Shown piece by piece: positions 21,075-35,100 of a stretch of 64,000 nt of DNA. The notes under the pieces are model-generated. The model searched no databases. It saw only the letters and a list, made by a program, of their open reading frames with translations, and was not told the DNA's origin. The stretch is taken from the NCBI GenBank assembly GCA_040954595.2, contig CM082597.2, positions 6,721,849-6,785,848 on the forward strand. The letters run 5' to 3'. A program made the position numbers and the translations under genes. Position 1 is the first letter of the stretch, and each line of letters begins with the position of its first letter. The stretch comes from Balanoglossus misakiensis (lineage: Eukaryota; Animalia; Hemichordata).

Positions 21075-24000
21075 AAGTGTCACATCTTCATGTATCAACT
21101 GTAGTGAAAGCTGTCTATAAACCAGACACCAATGGGAGTGAGAATATTGTTCGCTTTGCAGAGGTGTCTGGTTTACAGAGGGTCTTTCAACATGTGGTTT
21201 TATGTGAAGGGCACTGGAAAGAGTGTTCGGTATAGACAGGTTTCCCGATCAGACTGAGTTTGGTTTAGACAGATTTTACTGTATTTCACTGAAATAAGGC
21301 TTACATGTGAAGGTGATGGCAGAACCTGGATGCATATATGCCACATTGGTTTGTAGATTAAGGCCCACTATTTGTTTTTTCAGTATTTCTGTCTGTAAAT
21401 ATGAACTATTGTTCTTATTCCACACTATAATACCATTCTAAAATGGCCACTGTTCAGTTTGTTGAAAGATCCTAGACATGTGCATCATTATTATTGTTGA
21501 TCAAGGAATTGAATTCAATTCAATTTTCAACAACAATAATAATGCTATCTGTACACATATAGGCTGAACATTTCATCATATGCTGTAGGGATTTCAACAA
21601 CAAACTGCAGTTGATACAAACAACAACAAAACAAGCAGACACTTGCTGTCACAAAAAAACTTGAGATAATGACTAATGTATCGCTCAACTTCAGATTGCA
21701 TCTGAAAGTCACGCACATGAAACCAACTGTAGAATGACTTATGACGGCAAACTGGTTGCCTGAGGTTCCTATTCTTCTGCAGAGACCATGTGCATACAAC
21801 ACTCTCACAACTAGAGTTGAAATTTCTGTTGGAATAGACAGATTTCTCCCAAAAGAGACATCTCTTGGATTCTTATGAGAGAACCCCCAGATTTGAAGGA
21901 GGAAATGTTTTACCCACTTGTGTCCATGTCTGCCCGATTGGAAAGATGGTGGAAAACTTGTAGTGTTTTTCCTGACATGACAAATCTTTCCGAAGGGGGA
22001 CATGCAAATCATACAGTATTCACATCAGCTGATATTTTTTATTGAACTCCATATAGAGACTTTGAATTTTGGGGTTCTGAATATAACCTAGATTACACAA
22101 TTTAAATATTTTATGGTGTGGGATTTTAGGTTTACAAGTATCTTTAAAAGATTTGTATTTCATGAAGGGACTATGTCGCAGTCAACAGTGGCAGCAGAAA
22201 AGCAATTTACAGAAAAAAAATATCAGTACTTTTATGAAGTAATCAAGAATTTTTGCATTTTGTCTGTGACATATTGTGAACATTTACATGGTTCATAATT
22301 AAAGCAAAGTATATCTGTTGCCCAATTGCTACATTAACAGTTAAGTGACTAACAATTCTACTGTTGCCAAGGTAACACTGATAACATGTTGTTTATTGAG
22401 TATGTCATGACCTCCTTGTTACTGTACAATTTTTGTCAGTCAAAAAATCTACAGTGACTTTTCACCGTCACAAATCTGACTACACCCAGTTGGGGTCAGA
22501 CCGAAATCAGGACAGGTATCACAAAACAATTAAAACCCCAGTAACTTCCAACTTTGGGCAATCTTCTCAATATTATTGTTTTCAGTATCAACTGTGGTTT
22601 CTTGTTCTTCTCTGTGAGACATAAATAATTTCTCAGTTTTTGGTTTTTCAACACAGCTATTTTGTAGTAATCAGCATTGTTATTGTTGAAATATGAATTA
22701 AAGTCAACAATAACAGTGGCTGTTACTCATATACAGTCTTTGTTGAGAAGCTAAAAAATGAACATTTCACAAAGCTCTCCAGAGAAGAACAAGAAACTGG
22801 ATTTGATGCATGAGAGAAAAATACAGAAAAAAAATTCCAAATGTAAGCATTACTGGGGCTTTAACACAACAATTTTATGTCACAACAGATCAACAAAGAA
22901 ACATCTGAACATTCACTCGTATCTGTCAGTTCTGGACATCAATCTTCAATTTTATTCTGTGCCACTAAGTCTTTGAAATTTTGATGTAAACAGACATTTT
23001 GTATTCTTTATTTTTCATGTTTTTTAAAGAACAGTTTATAATTCAGCAATATGACATGACCAATGTCTTTTTAGATCACTACATTTATTGAACATTTCCA
23101 CCATGTTATTTTTCATGGAACAATATGTTATCACACTTAGATGAATGATGAATTCATAGCCGAGTGTTATAAATATGTCTGTTGATAAATAATTTCAAAA
23201 TATGTTTTCAGATTTTCTTTACTACAATTCAGAGTACTTCCTTAACCCTTTCACCCCCATTTCACTGTGTAAAGGTCCAACACTGCCATTGGAGAACAAT
23301 GGAGTTAGACCAAACCATGGTGGAGAAAGGGTTAAAACAACTTAGACTCTTCAGATCCTAACGTATGTAGCTACTGTTTTTTAATCCATTTTAGTTTTTG
23401 AGCTAAGGGAGGATTTCATGTTATGTGTTGACTGTAATCAGTGGTTTTCTATTTACATGAACTTAAATCAAATTTTCCTGTTTCAAAAACTTTTTGTCAT
23501 TTTACAGGAAATCAAAGATACATTATTTGCAACGTGTTGTATTCACTTTATTTTTTCTTGACTTTGATTTTGACGATATACACGTATAACTCATAAATAA
23601 TCTGGACAACAAACGTGCAAATTATTGATTATTTGGTTGACGATCGATAGACACTTATAACTCACAAATCTGGACAATGAACCTTACTAATTTATTAGGT
23701 TGACTGTTTGTATGTTAGTATAATCACCAAGACACTGTGTTTCTGTCGACTTCGGTACTTATCACATGAACATTCGACCACTTAACGTTAATTTACGACC
23801 AAACAGTTTGCAACATTTTTTTTTGTAACCAGTTTAAATTCCTGTAGATTTCTTGATGAGGGGTTTATTATCAGGTCAACAGTGGCCTTGACATAAATTT
23901 GTTAGTGGACCACAATTTTTGGTGAAATCATTCAATGTTTTTTAAATAACCAAGAATACACTGTAATCATGCTTAGTTTGTGTGGACTAACAGCTGATAC

Positions 24001-25592
24001 ATTTGGTGTGCAAAATTGATGTGGTGAATAAACAGGTTTTCATAATTCTATTACGTTTCATATGTTTATTTTTTATAAGAAACCCCAGTTAATACTTGAA
24101 AGTTGGAGTTACTAGAGAATTAACACTTGTGGAATGACTGTGATTGCGAACATGTTGATCTTTAAATATAAAAAAAAACTGAAATTTTAGGGACAAGATT
24201 ACAGTTTAAAAAAATAAATACTTATATTGGCACACTATTTAGAAATCCCGTATACTTGACACACAATTTAGCATTCAGGACGCAATATTTATTTGACTTG
24301 CATCATTCAAAGGGACACAGTATCAGAGCAAACTCAAAACAATGTGCATGGTCATTCCTGACAGTAGCTGTACGTACACTACAGCACGTATCAGGGTCGG
24401 CCTCAACTGTGACGCCAATCATGGTTGAATCCGTTCTGAAAATAAACTTCCAACTAAAATTCACTGTATCACTAAACTGCAAATTATAGCTACATATAAC
24501 ATTTGGGTCTGTTCTAAATGTACCTTATACATGACAAGGTGGGACGCGCCTTAGTTTTTGGACTGTTTTATTGTTGACATGAAAACTATGACACATCTGG
24601 AAAAAAAATCTTGATATAAAGAAAGATGTACTCTGAAATTTAAAATTGAACAATTACAACTACTGTGTCTACTGACCCTCAAGGGACAAGGGTGTTTCAC
24701 TTCTGTTGCAATGTCATTTCCATTGACACAAGTTCAGATGCCAGTTAGCTATTCATTACACAAAATAGCAAGACATAACAGTTTGTTTACGTCTGGGTGT
24801 GTTTAATATTAACAATAAAGGCTGTCCCTTATATGTTCAGAATATGTTGATTCCAGTAATTACAAGAAAACATATCAATTTAGTTTCAATTGTAGCAACT
24901 GTTATGATTTATCTGAGCTGAGACAACATCTCTGCTTTGAAGATTTGTTTTGTGGCATCAAAACACAAAGTGAGTTTCCTATGAAGACAACATTCAGAAA
25001 GATTTTCAGGTAGGCTTGGAGGAAATAATGCTATCCAAATATGCGTTAGAGTACAGGTATAAAAATCTCTCATAACTACCCATCATGCATCAGTCAGACT
25101 GTGCTACTAGTATCATAGAGCGAAACTAGCAAATATCAAATTTGTCTGTTGAAAAGTTTTATACAATACCATATAACTTTTAAATAGCTTCCAGGAATAT
25201 TGTAATACATTGAGTGTCCAATGGGGAAATGTACATAGATAGCGTGAAAACATTCTAGACATTTGATGAGCACAAAGTGAAAAGACACTGATAGAGTTAT
25301 GATATCAAGTCAAAATGGATTGCAACAGTAATTGCCACTGTAACTGGACACGCTGGTAGTAGAAACAACATTGGTTAGAGATTATGGTTGAACCCAGTGA
25401 CTTGACAAGCATTTGCAGACACTGTACAGGCCATCCAGATGAAACCACATTGGAAACGACACCAAAACATGCTAACATACTAAGTGACTTGGCAAACAAC
25501 TGATATCAGCCATATAAGGTTTATTTTCCAGCCATCGATGACAGCGCGAGACTTCATTCTGACCTTTCCACCCCCGACAGTATGGTTCAGCC

Positions 25593-26128
25593 TAGCTGCA
25601 ATGATTGTAGCGGGTGCTGCTAGGTGCATTACCGCTACAAGACCTTGTGTGTAATTTTCCAATCAACTTTCGGTCGTCAGCTCAGTTATGGGGTTTAACT
25701 CTTACCTCCGATAACATTTGAAAACCGAACGGGTGCATCCCCCCAAAAAACACCTCCGACGCCCAAATTTCCCCCAAAATTGTCCTGCTTCCATTAAAAA
25801 AACGATAAATCCACTGAAGTTTCGCCGATGTGTTCCACCATGTTAGAGCAAACATGGCGGACAAAGTTTGTAAACATCGGCGAAACTTCAGTGGATTTAT
25901 CGTTTTTTTAATGGAAGCAGGACAATTTTGGGGGAAATTTGGGCGTCGGAGGTGTTTTTGGGGGGGATGCACCCGTTCGGTTTTCAAATGTTATCGGAGG
26001 TAAGAGTTAAACCCCATAACTGAGCTGACGACCGAAAGTTGATTGGAAAATTACACACAAGGCCTTGTAGCGGTAATGCTGCACACCAGTCAACCAAGCA
26101 GCACCGGCCGCTACAATCATTGCAGCTA
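25593..26128. mobile_element. 536-bp foldback (long-TIR) element with probable 9-bp TSD
   Basis: ggttcagcc|TAGCTGCAATGATTGTAGCGG ... CCGCTACAATCATTGCAGCTA|ggttcagcc. Arms are ~240 bp, nearly perfect, with a ~42-nt loop. Empty sites at ~190 and ~17515. TSD could also be read as 7 or 5 bp because the target is GG..CC symmetric. Confidence 0.9.
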
Positions 26129-26195
26129 GGTTCAGCCCATTGTTTTCAATGATATGGTTTAACCCATATACTAGAAATGGGGTGAAAGTCTCTCT

Positions 26196-29100
26196 CTATG
26201 TTCTATTTTGTTGTGAAGCTATTAACTTAATAATTCTTCTTCCCAAGTGGGCATTGTGTTGTTGCAGGTATCTAATCATATCAGCTTGCTTCTCCAAAAT
26301 ATCATCCACCTGATTACTATCCCTGTAACAAACAAAATACAAAAACACTCATTAAAATCACAAATTTACTTCAATTCCAAACCAAGGTAGCGATTTGACG
26401 CGCTCGCGTTTGTGTGTGGCTGGGCAACAGGTGTCTGCCGATGTCAAACTGCCATAGCTGTAGTATACTATGTTTACAGTATACAGTCAAACCTGTATTA
26501 GTGGCTACCTCTATATAGTGGCCACTTTGTTACAGTCCCTGTGCAATTTACATATGCATTAATTGACCTGTCTATAAAGACCAGTTCAGGAGAGTCCCTT
26601 AACTGGCCACTATAGACAGGTTCGACTGTACTACAGCAGATCAACATCATCAGGCACCTGTGCATGGGTCCTAATACAATGTAATTGTTCTAACTGTGGC
26701 CAAAGCAAATTTGCTGGCATACCAAACCCCCACCCCCAGAAATCAAATGGTTCTCCCCTAAGAAGCAATACAACAGATTTATTCCACATAAAGTGTAGAC
26801 AGAATTGTTATCATACCAATATCAGCCACTGACTCACACAGTAACCTGCAATATAGGCCAACTCTTTCATTCTCTGTCAAAGTTTGCAACTGTTATCTTT
26901 GTGTAAAGAATTGTCCATTGTGTTACTTCCAGAACTTTTGACCTCAACTTGTGGGTGGATTCAACACCCCAGCCAGTTTAAAAACAGCTGTACTAGCCGA
27001 GATAAGAAGTGAATAGAAATTGCTGACTAACAGTAAAATCAAAAACTGTTTATCTAGCAATTGATGCCAAATGAAATGAAACTTAATTTCATATACAAGC
27101 AGCAAAAAATATAATAATATTATCTGATGTTTTTGTAGTGTTGCTATAGTAACACTGTTAGTTGTCACCAATGTTTCAGCTAGCGCACGGCCTTGCGACA
27201 TTCGACGCAATAAATGTTGGATTGTCGCAACATAATAATCTTTATGGGTCACTTTGACGCATTCTTACTGAGTGAGCAACAATATGACTGATTGTCACCC
27301 CTGCACTTTTGCTTTGCGTCCACCTTTGCTTTCACTGTAACTTGTTACTCCCTTTCAATATTTGATAATTTAGTGAACACAACTGAGTGATTTCACACCT
27401 TCCACAGCTGTAATCACCCTACAAGCAACACAGCTCTGCACGCTGTCAAGAGCAGTGCGCTGCCATTTCATTCAGTGCACAAGTTATCTTTACACAGGCG
27501 TCCTATAAATAGCATCAATAGCCTAGTAACACAAGCAACGCACTGAGCTTATGCGCATTGCAACAACTTAGCTAAACTTAACAAATGATGAAGCAAATTT
27601 TGTTGGAGGTCATGCCATGTGTCTGTGCATCTGTACATACTTATAAAATTAACAGCACCCCAGGGCTAGTAATAATTGCGCAGGGCAGGTAAATTATAGG
27701 AAATTCGATAGATAGTATTTTGGATTAGCAACTGATAAGGACAGGTGGGGGTAACACAGAAAAATAAACAAGCACAAAGACTGCAATTACTGTTTATTGG
27801 GCGAAAAATGCACAACAAAACTCCGCCATAACTTTAATGTTTGCAACCCCCCCCCCCCCCCCTTTGTTTGCAAAGATTTGTGAAAATACAAGAAGAGACA
27901 AATAATTTGCAATGAATGTTTGCAAAGGTTTGTGAAAATACAAGAAGAGACAAACAGCTCACAATGTCTAATGAGTACCAAGAAATCTGGGACGGTTCAT
28001 TGGTATAATGTGATGATGTGTCCCACTTTCAGTTCAATATATCGGTATTTGTCAACTGTACCCAGTCAAAGTTTACATTCATTCTCTTCTCAGTGATTCA
28101 TTGTGTTCAAGTTTGACCTTTTGACCCCAACTCTCAGGTACTCAGCCGGTCCTAGGTAGACCCTGGTATTTGCTGAATCACTGAATTCAATTTATCATCT
28201 GACTTTGGTGGCTTGCCACGTTTTTATAAACCCCTAACTCAGTCAAAATTAATGACACTATACTGAACAGTGTGTTGCTATGTGATTACAAGCATTTTGA
28301 CTCGAGCTGCAAAGATGGCTGCAGCATATCCTGGAGGTTCCGAGTTAGACAAAGTTCTGAACGAGCTTGGTGAGGATTTTCTCTCCTGTGCGATCTGCCT
28401 GGAACTGTTCAAGAAACCCAAAGTCTTGCCATGTGACCATTCATTCTGTGAGTCGTGTCTGACAACACTGGTGACAAAGAAAGGTAAGCTGAACTGCCCA
28501 ACATGCAGTACGCCATGTCAGCTTCCTGGTGGGGGTGTGACTGAACTGAAAGTCAACTTTTTCATCAACTCGTTGACAGATCTGTATCTGAAAAAGCGTC
28601 CTACAGAGAGTGACTCAAAGCCTTCTGTGTGTAACGGATGTGAAGAAAATGATGGAACTCACTATTGCATCGACTGCAGTGTGAATATGTGTGATTCCTG
28701 CACTAAACCGCACAGAAAAATTCTGAAAGGTCACAAGGTCATGACACTGGATGAATACAAAAATACAGAATCGTCAACTCTCCTGAAGCAACAAAAAGTC
28801 TTCTGCAGTGTCCATCCTGAAAATGTTGTCGAAGTCTACTGTGAGACCTGTATGGTTTCTGCATGTACAGCTTGTGCTGTTACCAAACACAACAAACACA
28901 CCAACACAGATCTGCAAGATGCTGCAAATGACTACACCAAACAGTTGAGAGATCTGCTGTGTAAGGTGACCGAAAAAGAACTGGGAGCAGAGAGAAGCAA
29001 AACAGATGCCAAACTGATGAGACAAAAACTGATGGTCGGATGTCAGGAGGAAGAACAGAAAGTGAGACAGAAAACAGCAAAGGTCATACAGAAGGCACAG

Positions 29101-32100
29101 AGGGAGGAGAAACAGTTGATTAAAGAGCTGCAGACAAAATATGGACAGAGAGTAAAGCAGACGGAGGCTCTAATAGATGAGTGGGAACTGAAACATGGCA
29201 ACATTGCAAGCCAACGCTGCTACATAGAAACACTGATGCATCATGGGACACCAGCCCAGATCATGGCCACCAAGCAGGAGACAATACATCACATGGAGGA
29301 AATTATCTCCATGGAGACAGAAATTGATGCCAGAGTGGACATGGTGAAATTCCAGCCAGCTGAGGAGACCAAAGATGGAGGAATGCTGGGAATGCTTCGT
29401 GAAGATTCAGTGACAGTAGAGACAAAGAAAGGCTTGGTGAAGACCATTGGATGTCAAGGTAACAAAGGTGGGCAGTTCAAAAGCCCTCATGGTATCAGTA
29501 TTAACAGACACGGAAACTTTGTCACCACTGAATTTGATAACAAGAGAGTACAAATCACTGACAGGGATGGGAAATACAAATCAAGTTTCACATTCACTCA
29601 GTTTGCACAGCCTTTCAGACCCCTCGATGTTGAAATATCAGCTGATGATGAATACTTCATGACAGATAGGAATAACAAACAAATAGTTGTGAGTGATGAG
29701 AATGGGTCTCTGATCAAATGCTTTGGGAAAGAAGTCAAGAATCACCTGCGCCTTGCTATTAGCCCTGTAGATGGAAGTGTGTATGTGAGTGATTGGGATG
29801 GAAAGCCCAGTGCTGACACAGACAAAGAGGGTAACTGCATCAGGAAATACACACATGATTGTCAGTACATCAAATCATTTGGGAGTTTTGGCACAGGACA
29901 GGGACAGTTCAGAGGGCCTGACTTCTTGACTGTTGACAGTTGTGGAGTTGTGTTTGTATCAGACACGAACAACCATCGCATTCAAGCATTTAATGGAGAT
30001 GGTGAGTTCCTGTTTGCATTTGGAGAATTTGGTGAAGGTGATGGTAAGATTTATCGGCCAACAGGAATAGTGGCTGATAAAGCAGGATATCTGTATGTCA
30101 GTGACAGGGGAAACAACAATGTGCAGAAATTTGACAACAGAGGTAAATTCATCTGTCGCATTGATAAAGCTGAGGATGGGTTAGATCGCCCACGAGGTGT
30201 CGCTGTGACAGATGACATGGAAGTAGTGGTTGCTGACTGGGGCAATCACTGCCTCAAAATCTTTGCACAGTGAAAGTGTCACATCTCAATGTATCAACTG
30301 TAGTGAAACCTGTCTATAAACCAGACACCAATGGGAGTGAGAATATTGTTCGATTTGCAGAGGTGTCTGGTTTACAGAGGGTCTTTCAACATGTGGTTTT
30401 ATGTGAAGGGCACTGGAAAGAGTGTTCGGTATAGACAGGTTTCCAGATCAGACTGAGTTTGGTTTAGACAGATTTTACTGTATTTCACTGAAATAAGGCT
30501 TACATGTGAAGGTGATGGCAGAACCTGGATGCATATATGCCACATTGGTTTGTAGATTAAGGCCCACTATTTGTTTTTTTTCAGTATTTCTGTCTGTAAA
30601 TATGAACTATTCTTATTCCACACTATAATACCATTCTAAAATGGCCACTGTTCAGTTTGTTGAAAGAACCTAGACATGTGCATCATTATTACTGTTGATC
30701 AAGGAATTGAATTCAATTCAATTTTCAGCAATAATAATGCTTATCTGTACACATATAGGCTAGACATTTCATCAAATGCTGTATGGGTTTCAACAACAAA
30801 CTGCAGTTGATACAAACAACAACAAAACAAGCAGACACTTGCTGTCACAAAAAACTTGAGATGATGACTAATGTATCGCTCAACTTCAGATTGCATCTGA
30901 AGTCACGCACATGAAACCAACTGTAGAATGACTTATGACGGCAAACTGGTTGCCTGAGCTTCCTATTCTTCTGCAGAGACCATGTGCATACAACACTCTC
31001 ACAACTATAGTTGACATTTCTGTTGGAATAGACAGATTTCTCCCAAAAGAGACATCTCGTTGATTCTTATGAGAGAACCCCCAGATTTGAAGGAGGAAAT
31101 GTTTTACCCACTTGTGTCCATGTCAGCCCGATTGGAAAGATGGCAACAAATTTGTAGTTTTTTTCCCAAGATGACAAATCTTTCCAAATAGGGACATGCA
31201 AATCATGCAGTATTCACATCAGCTGATATTTTTTTTAATTGAACTACAGATAGAGACTTTGAATTTTGGGTTCTGAGTATAACCAAGATTACACAATTTT
31301 TAAATTGTTTTGTGGTGTTGGTTTTTTTTTTTTAGTTTACAAGTATGTTTGAAAAGATTTGTATTTCATGAAGGGACTATGTCGCAGTCAACAGTGGCAG
31401 CAAAAAGGCAATTTACTGAAAAAAATATCAGTGCTTTTTATGAAGTTATCACGAGTTTTGCATTTTGTCTGTAACAAATTGTGAACATTTACATGGTTCA
31501 TAATTAAAGCAAAGTATATCTGTTGTCCAATTGCTACATTAACAGTTAACTGACTAACAATTCCACTGCTGCCAAGGTAACACTGATAACATGTTTTTTA
31601 TTGAGTATGTCATGACCTCCTTGTTACTGTACAATTTTTGTCTGTAAAAAATCTACAATGACTGTTCACCGACAAAATCTGACTACACCCAGTTGGAGTC
31701 AGAGTCTTTGATATTTTGATGTAAACAGACAGCTTTTTCACGATTTTTCATGTTTTTTAAAGAGAAAAAAAATAGTTTCGGAATTCCGGATAATTTTTCA
31801 GAATTTCCTTTTTATCTTGGATTTTCTTCAACAGACATAAGTGTTGCCATCACCTTGATGCAAATGTTTTATATATTTCTCCAACAAAATCTGCTGAATT
31901 TGTTTTATTCAGCTGATTTTTTCCCCAAGATTCAGATGTACTTTTCACTGATTTTTTGCTTTTTACCCAAAATTCTGTTGAATTTTTCACAGATTTCCCC
32001 CCCAAAAAATTCAGCAGAATTTTACACCAATCAGAGACTTTTGGAAAGGTGTGGCACAAAATATAGGATTAAAACAAAAATCTAATGTCACATTTATAAA

Positions 32101-35100
32101 CTTTTAATTATTATTTCTTCACCAATATTAAAAGTTTTCAAATATGAAACGTATTATTTTTGAAATGTGGAATTCCGAAATTAGTGTGGAACATGTACAT
32201 ATATAATTCAGCTCTATAACAAGACCAATGTTTTTTAGATCACTACATTTATTGAACATTTCCACCATGTTATTTTTTGTGGAACAATGTTATCACACTT
32301 AGATGAATAATGAATTCATAGCTGAGTGTTATAAATATGTCTGTTGATAAATAATTTCAAAATATGTTTTCAGATTTTCTTTACTACAATTCAGAGTACT
32401 TCCTTAACCCTTCCACCCCCATTTCACTGTGTAAAGGTCCAACTCTGCCATTGGAGAACAGTGGAGTTAGACCAAACCATGGTGGAGAAAGGGTTAAAAC
32501 AACTTACCCTCTTCAGATCCTAATGTGTGTAGGTACTGTTTTCTAATCCATTTTAGTTTTTGAGCTTTAGTTTTTGAGATTACATGTCATGTGTTGACTG
32601 TTATCAGTGGTTTTCTACTTTCATGAACTTTAATCAGAATTTCCTGTTTCAACAACTTTTTGTCATTTTACAGGAAATCATAGAATTCATTATTTGCAAC
32701 ATGTTGTACTCACTTTATTTTTCTTGACTTTGTTTTTGACGATATACACTTATAACTCATAAATAATCTGGACAACAAACGTGCAAATTATTGATTATTT
32801 GGTTGACGATCGATGGACACTAATAACTCACAAATCTGGACAATGAACATTACTGAGTTGTTTGGTTGACTGTTTTGAGACCCATTGTATGTTAATGTAA
32901 TCACCAGGACACTGTGTTTCTGTCGACTTCAGTACTTATCACATGAACATTCGACCACTTAACTTTAATTTACGACCAAACAGCTAGCAACATTTTTTTG
33001 TAACCAGTTTAAATTCCTGTAGATTTCTTGATGAGGGGTTTATTATCAGGTCAACAGTGGCCTTGACATAAATTTGTTAGTGGACCACAATTTTTGGTGA
33101 AATCATTCAGTTTTTTTTAAATAACCAAGAATACACTGTAATCATGTTTAGTTTGTGTGGACTAACAGCTGATACATTTGTTGTGCAAAATTGATGTGGT
33201 GAATAAACAGGTTTTCATAATTCTATTACGTTTCATATTTCATTTTTAAAAGAAACCCCAGTTAATACTTGAAAGTTGGAGTTACTAGAGAATTAACACT
33301 TGTGGAATGACTGTGATTGCGAACATGTTGATCTTTAAATAAAAAAAATCCTAAAATTTTAGGGACAAGATTAAAGTTTTAAAAATAAATACTTATATTG
33401 GTACACTATTTAGAAATCTTGCATTTTTGACACACAATTTAGCATTCAGGATGCAACGTTTATTTGAGTTGCATCATTCAAGGGGCCGGGACACAGTATC
33501 AGAGCGAACTCAAAACAATGTGCATGGTCGTATCAGGGTCGGCCTCAACTGTGACGGCAATCATGGTTGAATCAGTTCTGAAAATAAACTTCCAACTAAA
33601 ATTCACTGTATCACTAAACTTCAAATTATAGCTACATATAACATTTGGGCCTGTTCTAAATGTACCTTATACATGACAAGGTGGGTGTACACATTCATAG
33701 GCCACCAGGAGGGACTGTGCATAGGGTTACTTCTGTCAATTGGAAAACGGAATTGAGACGATGACAGAGCTCAACATTGATACATCAGTCAGAAAAATGT
33801 GAATCACCTCGTCCACTTGTGCGTCAAATGACAAAACAAACACAGTCTGGCTGCAACACTAAACCTGTCAGGGTTGGCGCTATAGACTTTGCAGTTTTTA
33901 CGTGCAGTGCACGCAACGGGTATAATTTATCTATGTGCAGCCCCACTTTCTTTGAGCGCGCATTGTAAGAGACCTGAAACCCCCACAGTATAAGTAGAAT
34001 CGCCTCATTTCATGACCTGATGATGACCCCATACTGCTAACGTCGTGCAAGCGTTCATTCATGAGTACGGCGAGTGGACAAATTTTGTAACATTTTGGGG
34101 AAACTTTTTTGACGCGTGCATGACCTGCTGCACTTGCAACATAGTCATAATACCGATATAGTTGCCTAGCTACTGCAGATCAATAGCCACTTTTAGCCGG
34201 CATGAGAAACGTTTGCGCGCAGTGCTCGCAACGCTGCGTCTTTTCTTGATTGCAATCATTACAATCTTGCGTGAAAACGTAAATTATCAGCGCTAACGCG
34301 AACCCTGCCTGTACTACATGCAAAATCTCCCATCACGGTCAAACTTCACCTCTTCAAAATGCTTCAGCCAATCACTGCCCCTTTTATATCTCCTGTGTGT
34401 ATACAATCCCATACGTGTGAACGATGATGTAGATAACCTGCGACATTGTTGGCTGTACTCACGAACTCAAGGTTGTACAAGGTTAGATAAGATTGATATG
34501 TCCATGCAGCACCTTTGTTATGCAAATCCGGATGCCACTTCATTATTTGCATATAATAAAGAATACAACTGTGATTGAGCCTCTGTGATTTACACCCTCA
34601 AGAACAACTCTTTGTAAATTTAAAGGGAAATTATATTATATCATGCTACAGTCCGCGATTCTAATTGAACGAGAGCGATGGTAAAATACTGTTACTGCTG
34701 GCATTGGTAAAACGGGCCCCTGAACTAGCATGCAGCAGGGAAAATGTGCGGTTAAACCACAGTCAGGTGGGATTAAACCAAATAAATAACATAAAAAAAC
34801 TTGAATTTACGGACTTTTAATTTTGAAACTGCTCCACTCTTAATTTTTTGCAGATTTGTCACTTTTTGTCATCTGCTTCATGTTTCATGCTCGATCCAAG
34901 GCTGCTCGTGTTTACATTCATCGTCGCCATGTTGGTTCACGATCGTAATTTCTCTTCCTGACGCTGTTTCGTTAAGAAAAATGACACTGATATGCCACAA
35001 AAACAATTGTTGATATAATATAATAGCAATAACCCCCGCCTCAGTCGGGTATACACTCGATTTGGGTACAATTCACTCCTTATAGCACTCGCCCGACGGC

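Larger units (their letters stand above)
1..34345. repeat. Tandem segmental array of TRIM-NHL / TMEM192-last-exon units (four units visible; probably continues left of the window)
   Basis: Position ~1 recurs at ~17326 and ~25395. Approximate units: U1 1-13865 (TRIM-1 plus LINE), U2 13870-16457 (no TRIM, no exon), U3 16458-24543 (TRIM-2), U4 24544-34345 (TRIM-3, continuous with the unique TMEM192 intron). The same junction after 'atgacaaggtggg' occurs at ~16457 and ~24543. Confidence 0.9.

Noticed and set aside
25682-25987. 101-aa ORF in the foldback element
   Set aside because: By-product of the palindrome; no recognisable domain.
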